DNA of 53,496 nucleotides from an uncultured Alphaproteobacteria bacterium (lineage in GTDB: Bacteria; Pseudomonadota; Alphaproteobacteria; RF32; CAG-239). Location of the stretch: the NCBI GenBank assembly GCA_944392325.1, contig CALXWI010000003.1, positions 1 through 53,496 on the forward strand. The letters are read 5' to 3'. A program made the translations under genes and the position numbers. Positions 38,955 through 47,169 of the stretch are shown here, piece after piece. Each line of letters begins with the position of its first letter. Position 1 is the stretch's first letter. Under the pieces are notes generated by a model. That model was not told where the DNA came from, made no database searches, and saw nothing but the letters and a program-made list of their open reading frames with translations.

Positions 38955-39190
38955 GCAGTTGGGAAAACCGGCTGTGGTGTCTCAATAACACCAACAAGCG
39001 AAGTATCCACTATGGTGTGGAGTGCTGGTAAATAAGGATATTGCCTCTAACTTTGGGGTTACTGCCTTTGAGGTTTGCGATATGACGAATAACAGCGACT
39101 GCCTTGCTTGTGCAGTTATTGAGCTCCTCACCGCCTTAGTTTTCATAGCTAAAGCGGTGTTGTTTTAACAAAAAACGATGGAGCTTAGTT
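38955..39190 (+). ncRNA. Structured 5' leader RNA upstream of Cys-rich gene
   Basis: P1 38955-38975; P2 GGTGT-CTCAATA-ACACC; P3 ACAAGCGA/TTGCTTGT; GTTATTGAG complement of P2 loop; AGCTCC complementary to SD GGAGCT; terminator 39129-39166. Confidence 0.8.
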
Positions 39191-39946
39191 ATGAAAATTA
39201 AATTTTTACTCTTAGGGACTTCTCTGTCCTTTTTACCAACCTTATCTTTTGCTCAATGCGTAGAGACAACAAATTGTGAAACTCTAGGTTATACTGAAAT
39301 AACTTGTAACGGTGGCAAAGGTGTGAAGTGCCCGTTTGGAAACAAGTGGTTTTGTTTTGAAACCGAAGATGAATTTAAAACAAGACTCTGTCCTGAATTG
39401 GGCTTTACATTAGATTGTTCCGGAGAAAATCAAACCGGCAGTAGTTATAGTTGCAACGGAAAATATAATTATTGTAATTGTGCTGATGGTTATTATTGGA
39501 AAGAGGGGAAATGTGAGCGAACTAAACTGGGACAGAGTGGTGTGGTCGGAGATTTGTATTATTGCAATGGTGTTGTTGTTGGAGTAAAGGCGCCAGGGAT
39601 GGATTTTTATATCGCTATGAAAGATTTGGGGAATATGAATTGGGAGGGGGCTGTCAATAGCTGTCAAAGTTACATCTTTTGCAATATCTGTGATAAGTTA
39701 AATGGAGCTTTGCCGACTAAGGCTCAATTGTTAACAATGTATAATAATAAGGTTTCTTTGAACAGTTTATTGTTAAGAAATGGTGGCATGGAATTGACAG
39801 AATCCTATTATCGGTCGAATACCCTCAGTAGCTCTTATGGTTATCACTATATTGTGAGTATGTCTGATGGTGATGTGAAAGACAACTATCTTGGCAATGA
39901 TGATCGTGGCTATTACTCTGTTCGGCCGGTATTGATGGTTTATTAG
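39191..39946 (+). CDS. Cys-rich secreted protein with C-terminal DUF1566/C-type-lectin-like domain
   Basis: Signal peptide; N-terminus shared with 12016 protein; C-terminal MNW..A...C...LPT..QL...YY.S.T...YSVRPV. Confidence 0.8.
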   Translation: MKIKFLLLGTSLSFLPTLSFAQCVETTNCETLGYTEITCNGGKGVKCPFGNKWFCFETEDEFKTRLCPELGFTLDCSGENQTGSSYSCNGKYNYCNCADGYYWKEGKCERTKLGQSGVVGDLYYCNGVVVGVKAPGMDFYIAMKDLGNMNWEGAVNSCQSYIFCNICDKLNGALPTKAQLLTMYNNKVSLNSLLLRNGGMELTESYYRSNTLSSSYGYHYIVSMSDGDVKDNYLGNDDRGYYSVRPVLMVY

Positions 39947-39958
39947 CGAGAAGAAAAG

Positions 39959-39988
39959 ACAAAGCTCTCCTTTCGGAGAGCTTTGTTT
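39959..39988. terminator. Terminator between convergent genes
   Basis: ACAAAGCTCTCC-TTTC-GGAGAGCTTTGT. Confidence 0.75.
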
Positions 39989-40003
39989 GGCTTGAAGTAA
40001 TGA

Positions 40004-40723
40004 TTAACGGCGGTCGCCAAACAGGCGCAGCAAAGCCAAAAACATATTGATAAAGTCAAGGTATAATTCCAAGGCTCCGGCAATGGCTTTGCGGGTCAAG
40101 GTGTCGCCATCATCATAGCTCATATAAATTTGGCGAATTTTTTGAGTGTCATAAGCCGTCAAGGCTGTAAAGGCAATTACGGCCAAAATGGAAATGGCAT
40201 AAGACAGCCCAGGGCTTGCCAAAAAGATATTAACGATGGAGGCGATGACGATACCCCATACGCCCATTATCATAAATGAACCCATTGAAGTTAAGTCTTT
40301 CTTGGTGGTGTAGCCATAAATACTCATGGAGCCAAACATGGCCGCCGTAATCAAGAAAATGCGGGCAACGCTGGCACCGGTATAGGCCAATAAAGTTGGG
40401 GTTAAAGATAAGCCCATAACGGCGGAAAAGCCCCAGAATACCATTTGGATTTGCTGGGTGGTGCCACGGTTAAGAACCCAACTAAAGGCAAAAACCATAA
40501 TCAGTGGGGCAAACAAAATCAGCCAGCCGAGAGCTGACATACTTACTTGGCCGGCAGCATTAACGCTGAAAAAAATGCGAATCAGCGGTGTGTTGAGGCA
40601 CAAAAAGGCGGCCAAAGCCGTAACGGCCAGACCTCCGGCCATAAAGTTGTAGACCTTGAGCATATAGTCCTTTAGGCCTTCATCCACAATGGTTTGGGCT
40701 TGGGTCTTGGTGGTTTCAAACAT
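40004..40723 (-). CDS. Bax inhibitor-1/YccA family membrane protein
   Basis: VYNFMA.GL, YGYTTKKDL, TAYDTQKI, LYLDFINMF. Confidence 0.92.
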   Translation of the reverse strand: MFETTKTQAQTIVDEGLKDYMLKVYNFMAGGLAVTALAAFLCLNTPLIRIFFSVNAAGQVSMSALGWLILFAPLIMVFAFSWVLNRGTTQQIQMVFWGFSAVMGLSLTPTLLAYTGASVARIFLITAAMFGSMSIYGYTTKKDLTSMGSFMIMGVWGIVIASIVNIFLASPGLSYAISILAVIAFTALTAYDTQKIRQIYMSYDDGDTLTRKAIAGALELYLDFINMFLALLRLFGDRR

Positions 40724-40806
40724 TATTAAAATCTCCTTTTATAGTAGCAACTAAGAATAATATAGGGGGCATCGAGGCAAAAATCAATACCATATTTGGA
40801 GGGTGT

Positions 40807-41517
40807 TTATTCATAAAGATAGAGGTCTTTGCCATGGAGCTTGAGCCAGGTTTCGCCTTCGGCATAAGTTGGGCAAAGCTCTGATACGCAATGCCAAAAA
40901 CGCGATGAATGGTCGGCATGGCTAAGGTGGGCAACCTCGTGTGCCATCAGATAATCAATTACAAATTCAGGGGCTAAAGCTATGCGCCAATTGTAGTTGA
41001 GGTGGCTAAGTGATGAGCAACTGCCCCAGCGGGATTTGGTGTCTTTGATTGTGACGCCGTTGATGCTGACGCCTAACTTCTTGGCGTATTTTTTGGAGCG
41101 GCGCAAAAACTCGCTTTGGGCCTTTTTTTTGATAAAATCTTTGACGCGGCGGTGCAAAAACTCTGCTTCACCTGAAACCAGCAAGGTGTTGCCTTCAAGT
41201 TTGGCACCGAGCCGGCGTTCGGGGGCATGGACAATGGTAACCTCTTTGCCGAAAAGGGGAATGGTTTCGCCATTTTCAAAAAGTTTGTGCTCGGGAATCC
41301 GGCTCAAGGCCTCTTTTATCCAGAGGCGATGCTCTTCCACAAACTGAATGGCTCGCTTTTGCGAGCAATAGCGCGGGATGCTTAAAACCGGAACCCGCTC
41401 TTTGGAATCTATGCGCAGGGTAAGCTTTTTGGCTCGCGGGTTTTTGACTACCCGCAGCTCAAAGTCAAAGGCTTGTGCTATGTTATAAGTCTTCCCAGTC
41501 AACAAGGTAATTTTCAT
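40807..41517 (-). CDS. YgjP-like M48/SprT family metallopeptidase (start placed at MKITLL)
   Basis: KSRWGSCS, APEFVIDYLMAHEVAHL, HSSRFW. Confidence 0.88.
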   Translation of the reverse strand: MKITLLTGKTYNIAQAFDFELRVVKNPRAKKLTLRIDSKERVPVLSIPRYCSQKRAIQFVEEHRLWIKEALSRIPEHKLFENGETIPLFGKEVTIVHAPERRLGAKLEGNTLLVSGEAEFLHRRVKDFIKKKAQSEFLRRSKKYAKKLGVSINGVTIKDTKSRWGSCSSLSHLNYNWRIALAPEFVIDYLMAHEVAHLSHADHSSRFWHCVSELCPTYAEGETWLKLHGKDLYLYE

Positions 41518-41992
41518 AATCTTGGATTCCACTTTCTGATACAATATTGCGTCCGCGCAAGGACATTTGGGCTTCATGCACGCTCTCGGCTCGACCCGAT
41601 ACCAGCGGGTGCCACGGGGGCAAGTCGTACCCGTTGTCAAGCAGCCAATAGGCGCAGGTCTTGGGCAGCCAACGCGGTTTTTCCCTGATGGCGGCGAGGT
41701 CAATGTCGCGGCAGTCAGGAACCTTTTGAAAACGATGCGGATAGATTTTGCAGAGGCAGCTATGGCAGTCTAAAAAGCGGCAATGGGTGTTGGTAAACTT
41801 GATTTTGCCTTTAATCTCAAGTTTATTAAGGCAGCATTTGCCGCAGCCGTCGCAGAGGAGCTCCCATTCGGTTTTGCTCATTTCGGCGAGGTTTTTTTTC
41901 TTCCAGAACTCGGGCTCAACCGTGGCGTATTGCTTAAAGCGGTCTTCAGGGTTGTAGTCCGGCTCAAGGGTGTAATTAGTATTTTGGCTCAT
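41483..41992 (-). CDS. YcgN family cysteine cluster protein (UPF0260)
   Basis: EWELLCDGCGKCCL, PDC, WLPKTCAY, WHPLVSG. Confidence 0.9.
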   Translation of the reverse strand: MSQNTNYTLEPDYNPEDRFKQYATVEPEFWKKKNLAEMSKTEWELLCDGCGKCCLNKLEIKGKIKFTNTHCRFLDCHSCLCKIYPHRFQKVPDCRDIDLAAIREKPRWLPKTCAYWLLDNGYDLPPWHPLVSGRAESVHEAQMSLRGRNIVSESGIQDYENYLVDWEDL

Positions 41993-42372
41993 TAGAGGTC
42001 GTCCCAGTCAACAATATGGTCTTCGTAGTCTTCAGCTTTGACGAGGTCTTCAGAAATGCAGCGCCCTTTGATGTTGGTCGGTTTGGCCAAGGGGCGACCT
42101 TCAAGCAGGCGACGATAAGCGCACGAATCCGGCATCCAACTGATTTTATCTACGTTGTCAGGGGTGAGCTTGAGGCAGGCCGGAACAACCTCGCAGCGGC
42201 GGTCATATATGCGGCAGGAGCAGGTGTCAGTGTCAAAGTAGCGGCAGACGATATCGGTGTAGTAGATTTCGTCGGTATCTTCGTCTTGGAGTTTAAGCAG
42301 GCAGCATTTGCCGCAGTGGGTGCAGACGGCTTCCCATTCTTCAGCGGTGTAATCTTGCAATTTTTTGGTCAA
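41992..42372 (-). CDS. Second YcgN family cysteine cluster protein (likely TTG start)
   Basis: EEWEAVCTHCGKCCL, WMPDSCAY; AGAGGT SD before TTG at 42372. Confidence 0.85.
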   Translation of the reverse strand: MTKKLQDYTAEEWEAVCTHCGKCCLLKLQDEDTDEIYYTDIVCRYFDTDTCSCRIYDRRCEVVPACLKLTPDNVDKISWMPDSCAYRRLLEGRPLAKPTNIKGRCISEDLVKAEDYEDHIVDWDDL

Positions 42373-42446
42373 AGCGGTACCTCTTTTTAAGCTTTTTGTA
42401 ATTAAACGCGAATATAATAACACAAAATATTTAAGGAGAAACAAAA

Positions 42447-42857
42447 ATGTTTAAATGGCTGGCAAATATGATTGTAAAAACGCCGGTGCAAGGCACTTGC
42501 TCGTGTTGCGAGGGGCAGAAAGAGCGCTTGCGGCAAATGCAAAAGGCAATTTTAGAAGATGAAAAAGGCGAATCGGCAGAAGGGTGCCACTGCCAAAACG
42601 GCGGTGAGTGCCACTGTGGTGGAGATTGTCATTGCCATGACGGCGGGGAGTGCCATTGCCAAAACGGTGGTGAGTGCCATTGCGGTGGTGATTGTCACTG
42701 CCATAATAAAGAATCGGCAGCCGAAATACCTGATTATAGCGGAATGACGTCGTTTGCGTCAGCCGGATATTCGCTGGAGTGCCGTTTTGATGAGGCCGCC
42801 AAGCAGTACAAGCGCTCGGCAAAGTATGTTCCAGCCGGTAGTGATGAGAATCGATAG
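42447..42857 (+). CDS. Cys/His-rich metallothionein-like protein
   Basis: AAGGAG SD; CSCC plus six CHC motifs; 66-bp internal duplication 42585/42651. Confidence 0.7.
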   Translation: MFKWLANMIVKTPVQGTCSCCEGQKERLRQMQKAILEDEKGESAEGCHCQNGGECHCGGDCHCHDGGECHCQNGGECHCGGDCHCHNKESAAEIPDYSGMTSFASAGYSLECRFDEAAKQYKRSAKYVPAGSDENR

Positions 42858-42932
42858 CAATAGCGCTGCGGTATAGATAAACATCACCGCAAAAACCAAT
42901 AGGTAGTTGCCAATTTCACGCAGCTTGGTCAT
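42759..42932 (-). CDS. Small hydrophobic protein (57 aa) after dnaB, not in ORF track
   Basis: MTKLREIGNYLLVFAVMFIYTAALLLSILITTGWNILCRALVLLGGLIKTALQRISG*; starts 3 nt after dnaB stop. Confidence 0.45.
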   Translation of the reverse strand: MTKLREIGNYLLVFAVMFIYTAALLLSILITTGWNILCRALVLLGGLIKTALQRISG

Positions 42933-42935
42933 AGC

Positions 42936-44411
42936 TTAACCGATTTGGTCGGGGAGGTTTTCTTCCCGTACGAGGTTGCCAAACTGAGTGAATTCGCCGT
43001 TCCAGAAGAGTTGAACCGTACCGGTCGGGCCGTGACGTTGTTTACCGATGATAACCTCACCAATGTTTTCGGTCTGGCGGATGCGGGTCTCCCATTCTTC
43101 AAGGCGGTTTTGGAAGTGCTCCGGTGTTTCTCCTCCGCGCTGTTTGGGCTCCTCGTTTTTAATATAATAGTTTTCACGGAAGACGAACATTACAATATCC
43201 GCATCTTGCTCAATAGAGCCGGATTCTCTCAAGTCTGACATAATCGGGCGTTTGTCATCACGCTGTTCAACACCACGGCTCAGCTGAGATAAGGCAATAA
43301 CCGGAATGTTGAGTTCTTTGGCGAGCATCTTTAATCCACGAGAGATTTCAGACAATTCTTGTACGCGGTTGCCTTCAGAGCGCTTGCTGCCGCTACCGTT
43401 AATCAGTTGGATATAGTCAATGACAATTAATCCCAATCCTTTGTTGCGCTTGAGGCGGCGGGCGCGGGTGCGGATGGTGTTGATGTTGACACCGGGGGAG
43501 TCATCAATGTAGAGCGGAATGTTTTCAAGCTCGCGGACGCCGGCAGCAATGCGGATAAACTCAGATTCATCCAACTCACCGGTACGCATTTTGTGGCTGG
43601 GAGTTTGGGTGACGGTGGATAAAATACGGCTGGCCAGCTGGTCGGCTGACATTTCCAGAGAAAAGAAAGCAACTCCACGGTTGCGCTCGTCAACATCTTT
43701 AGCATGGCTCATATATTCGGCAACATTATAAGCAATGTTGGTGGCTAAAGCGGTTTTACCCATGGCCGGACGTCCGGCGAGAATAATTAAGTCGGAGTTA
43801 TTAAGTCCGCCGGTCTTGTTATCTAAGGCATCAAGGCCGGTAGGAATACCCGAAAGTTTGCCTTCTTTTTGGTAGGCTTTTTCTATTAAGCCTAAGGAGG
43901 TGGTCAAGGCATCGCCAAAAGAAACAAATCCGCCTTGGATATCGCCTTGGTTGGAAAGCTCAAACAAACGACGTTCGGCTTGCTCTATTTGGGTATTGGC
44001 ATCAGAGTCAATGTCTTCCTTCATGGCCTCATTGACAATCTCGTAGCCGGTGGCAATTAGCTCGCGGCGGAGGTATTTGTCATAAATAAACTGCCCGTAG
44101 TATTCAACATTAGTCAGAGGGGAGGCGCTGTCAGCTAGTTTTAATAGGTATTTGTGTCCGCCGACTTCACTTAAGGTTCCTTCTTGTTCAAAGTAGTTTT
44201 TTAAGGTAATGACATCAGCAACATGTCCACGCTGGATGAGCTTGGAAATGATTTCAAAAATTTTGACGTGTATCGAATCGGCAAAGTGAAAAGGCCGCAA
44301 ATATTCAGAAACCTTTTCAAAGGCTTTGTTGTTAACCAAAATGGCGCCGAGCAAGGCTTGTTCGGCTTCAAGGTTTTGCGGCAAAACAGCCGGATCAATA
44401 TTATTATCCAT
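42936..44411 (-). CDS. dnaB: Replicative DNA helicase
   Basis: EAEQALLG, GRPAMGKT, FSLEMS, DYIQL, LSQLSR, DLRESGSIEQDAD. Confidence 0.97.
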   Translation of the reverse strand: MDNNIDPAVLPQNLEAEQALLGAILVNNKAFEKVSEYLRPFHFADSIHVKIFEIISKLIQRGHVADVITLKNYFEQEGTLSEVGGHKYLLKLADSASPLTNVEYYGQFIYDKYLRRELIATGYEIVNEAMKEDIDSDANTQIEQAERRLFELSNQGDIQGGFVSFGDALTTSLGLIEKAYQKEGKLSGIPTGLDALDNKTGGLNNSDLIILAGRPAMGKTALATNIAYNVAEYMSHAKDVDERNRGVAFFSLEMSADQLASRILSTVTQTPSHKMRTGELDESEFIRIAAGVRELENIPLYIDDSPGVNINTIRTRARRLKRNKGLGLIVIDYIQLINGSGSKRSEGNRVQELSEISRGLKMLAKELNIPVIALSQLSRGVEQRDDKRPIMSDLRESGSIEQDADIVMFVFRENYYIKNEEPKQRGGETPEHFQNRLEEWETRIRQTENIGEVIIGKQRHGPTGTVQLFWNGEFTQFGNLVREENLPDQIG

Positions 44412-44569
44412 CAATAGAAATCCTTTATATGTGTTGTTTAGTGTTATAGCCTAATTTAGCTTAAATACAAGAGGATTCTGTTTTGCTCTCTTTCCCCTTG
44501 GGGATTATGGGGATAAAAAAATCCCGCCTTCTAAAAAAGGCGGGTAAAAGGAGAAGACTTTGCTAAAAA

Positions 44570-44845
44570 CTAAGCTTTAGCAATCTGTTTTTTAATTTTT
44601 TGAGCTTCCGGAGTCAATTTAGAATTAGAAGTAGACTCCAAATAAGCGTCCAAGCCACCATTGTGCTCAATAGAGCGCAAAGTCTTAGAGCAAACCTTAA
44701 GCTTAAATACTTTACCCAGTTTTTCACTCAACAGTGAAACAACCTGCAAATTCGGCAAAAAGCGACGGCGTGTTTTATTATTAGCGTGGCTAACATTATT
44801 ACCGCTCATAACGCCAGTGCCGCTGATATCACATTTTTTAGACAT
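44570..44845 (-). CDS. rpmB: 50S ribosomal protein L28
   Basis: GNNVSHANNKTRRRFLPNL, GGLDAYL. Confidence 0.97.
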   Translation of the reverse strand: MSKKCDISGTGVMSGNNVSHANNKTRRRFLPNLQVVSLLSEKLGKVFKLKVCSKTLRSIEHNGGLDAYLESTSNSKLTPEAQKIKKQIAKA

Positions 44846-44924
44846 AGCAAATTATCCTTATAAATCCTCAACAAAATATAAACTTGTTGCCTTTTAATAG
44901 CGTTTGTATTTATAAAAGTCAAGA

Positions 44925-45313
44925 AAAAAATTCATCTGGAGGTCGATTTGGGCGTTATCTGCGGGTCTCGAAAAATTCACCTACCTTTTTGTAGGCTAAA
45001 ATTTTTCTCGCCATTGATGCCTACAAATCGACTCACCAGCTAAATTTTTTACAAAAATGCGTATAACGGGTTATTAATACAGGAATTGCGGGTCGAAAGT
45101 GTCCTCACGTACCTTTTTAGCTCAGGAATCTAGGCTTGCTGTGGTCGCGGTTGCTTCCTTGCTCGCCAAGATTTTCTGAGATGTTACAGATGAAAAAGCA
45201 ACATCAGTTGCTTTTTCCCTTAGCCATTGCTGTGGTACTTTCGCCCTTATTTCTTATTACTAACCTCGTTCTCCGCATTTTTTTATAAGCGTAGAGGTCG
45301 ATTGGGGCGTTAT
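44925..45313 (+). repeat. Palindromic repeat cluster: unit 44925-45050, unit 45053-45284 with nested insert (~45117-45228), stub 45289-45313
   Basis: CCTAC-N6-GTAGG apex; TTTTTTACAAAAA junction; near identity to 1566-1789 segments. Confidence 0.88.
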
Positions 45314-45363
45314 ATGTTGGAATATAAAATAAAAAAGCCATCTGTTTAAGATGGCTTATATTA

Positions 45364-45440
45364 TGGCGTACCCGGAGGGATTTGAACCCACGACCCTCGG
45401 CGTCGGAGGCCGATACTCTATCCAACTGAGCTACGGGTAC
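45364..45440 (-). tRNA. tRNA-Arg(CCG)
   Basis: GTACCCGTAGCTCAGTTGGATAGAG...TCGGC-CTCCGAC-GCCGA...GGTTCAAATCC...CGGGTACGCCA; cloverleaf, encoded CCA; hairpin terminator 45331-45357. Confidence 0.95.
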
Positions 45441-45570
45441 ATCAATATAACTTCACATCTTTTAGCCCATTTTGTTGCAAGACTCAAGCAAAAATTACAT
45501 ATTGTATGAAAATTTATGTTTCTGCTTCAAATAAACTTGAGGAGGCTTTTATATATAGAAAAAATAATAC

Positions 45571-45622
45571 TTGACAATAAGTATACGTATATATTATAAT
45601 ACATATTATTAACGATATGTAT
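45571..45622 (+). promoter_or_regulatory. Consensus promoter with overlapping inverted-repeat operator candidate
   Basis: TTGACA-N18-TATAAT; ATACATAT-N8-ATATGTAT at 45599-45622; TATACGTATA palindrome in spacer. Confidence 0.7.
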
Positions 45623-45632
45623 GGAGCTGAAA

Positions 45633-46136
45633 ATGTATTGGGGTTTATTTTGTGGGTTAGGGGTATTATTCTTAGCTAAAGCAGCTTGGGCTAATCCGGC
45701 TTGTGTGGTATGTACGGTGGCTATTGGCGCATCGTTAGAGTTGGCGCGGGCCTTAGGGATTAGTGATGAAGTGGTGGGCCTGTGGGCCGGCGCTTTGTTT
45801 GCGCTGTTGGGATATTGGCTGATTTTGTGGTTTGAGCGGAAAGGCTGGCGTTTTGCCGGAAGAGATTGGGTGTTGATGGCGTTGTCTTTGGCCTCAATCG
45901 GGTTTATGTATATGGGAGAGCTGGAATATTCGCCTCAAATCATCGGATGTTTTTATATAGATAGTTTTTTGTTGGCGGCCTTGGCGGGTGCGGCGTTATA
46001 TGTGGTATCGCAAAAGTTATATGCTTATATGAAGGCGGCCAACGGCGGGCATGCTCATTTTCCGTTTGAAAAAGTGGCGTTGCCTTTGGTAATGCTGGCC
46101 GGAGCCAGCTGGTGGGTAAATTTATATACTTTTTAG
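45633..46136 (+). CDS. Membrane protein with N-terminal CxxC (CVVC) after signal-like peptide (alternative start 45621)
   Basis: AWANPACVVCTVAIG, four further TM helices, HAHFPFEKV; GGAG SD before ATG 45633. Confidence 0.75.
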   Translation: MYWGLFCGLGVLFLAKAAWANPACVVCTVAIGASLELARALGISDEVVGLWAGALFALLGYWLILWFERKGWRFAGRDWVLMALSLASIGFMYMGELEYSPQIIGCFYIDSFLLAALAGAALYVVSQKLYAYMKAANGGHAHFPFEKVALPLVMLAGASWWVNLYTF

Positions 46137-46148
46137 GAGGAGGTTATT

Positions 46149-46718
46149 ATGAAAAAAATTGAAAACGTGAAGGAACTGGTAGAAAAAATTGATGCTACCA
46201 AGAAAGTCAACCCTAAAGATTTGTCTTCTGACCAAGATTTGACCATTGCTTTGATGAACCTAATCAGCATTGAGGAGCACTTGGTGTTCTCGGGGGCAAA
46301 AACCGGCAAGACCTCTTTTTATGACTTGATTGAGGGAATCAGAGAAACCCGCAAAACCCTTATGCAGAAGGTGATTCCGTCTTATGAGGGGGAGGTTTGG
46401 TGCATATCTAAGCACTTGCTGGCCTCATCTATGCGTTTGATTGAGGTGGGGACAAAGCAGCAGTCTTTGGGGCATAAGGAAGAAGCTTATAAACTCTTTG
46501 ACCAAGCTTATGAACTTTATTGTCTGTTTTGGGGCTTAAATATGAATATGCTGAATGTGGACGACGTAAAATGGATTGCCGATAAGCCGGAAGATATTAA
46601 AAAGCTTTCCGCTAAAGTGGAGGCGGCAACTACGGTCAAGGCTGAGCCCAAAGCCGAGGGTAAATTGGCTAAAATGAAGGCTTTTGTCCGCAAGGCTGTG
46701 GATTGCTGTATTGAATAG
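46149..46718 (+). CDS. Hypothetical cytoplasmic protein with C-terminal CC
   Basis: AGGAGG SD; NLISIEEH, EVWCISKHLL, ends VDCCIE. Confidence 0.8.
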   Translation: MKKIENVKELVEKIDATKKVNPKDLSSDQDLTIALMNLISIEEHLVFSGAKTGKTSFYDLIEGIRETRKTLMQKVIPSYEGEVWCISKHLLASSMRLIEVGTKQQSLGHKEEAYKLFDQAYELYCLFWGLNMNMLNVDDVKWIADKPEDIKKLSAKVEAATTVKAEPKAEGKLAKMKAFVRKAVDCCIE

Positions 46719-46727
46719 GAGGCAAAA

Positions 46728-47084
46728 ATGCGGAGATTATGCTATTTGTGGGTGGCGATGCTGTGTTTGCTCGGTGCTTGTGGAGAGAAAAAAACGGAAG
46801 TTGATGATTTGCAGCCGGATAAGGTATATTTCTTTTATTCCAACGGGTGTCCGCATTGCCATAGTGCGCTGGAATATATTAACCAAAAATACCCGAAGCT
46901 TAGTTTATCAATGGTGAATGTTGAAAATGCCGGAGGCTATGAATTGTTGGTTAAATGTGCCCGCAAGTTTAAGCTTGGAAGGCAAATCGGGACGCCGCTG
47001 TTGTGTATGGGTGACAATTATTTGATGGGGTGGGCGCCCGAATATGAGGCAAAGTTTGACAGCTATGTGAAACCTTATCTTTAA
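46728..47084 (+). CDS. Thioredoxin/glutaredoxin-like lipoprotein
   Basis: Lipobox LLGAC; FYSNGCPHC active site; GTP cis-Pro motif. Confidence 0.85.
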   Translation: MRRLCYLWVAMLCLLGACGEKKTEVDDLQPDKVYFFYSNGCPHCHSALEYINQKYPKLSLSMVNVENAGGYELLVKCARKFKLGRQIGTPLLCMGDNYLMGWAPEYEAKFDSYVKPYL

Positions 47085-47093
47085 ACAAAAGCC

Positions 47094-47131
47094 AAAAAAA
47101 CGCTCCGGTTGAGAACTGAGAGCGTTTTTTT
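47094..47131 (+). terminator. Intrinsic terminator
   Basis: AAAAAAACGCTC...GAGCGTTTTTTT. Confidence 0.7.
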
Positions 47132-47169
47132 GTTGCGATAAATATTACAATTCTGCTATATATAGTTTT

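Noticed and set aside
38955-39190. T-box or known metabolite riboswitch
   Set aside because: No T-box UGGNACC motif or recognisable aptamer consensus; downstream genes are not metabolic.
45204-45425. 73-aa ORF on minus strand
   Set aside because: Overlaps tRNA-Arg and a repeat.
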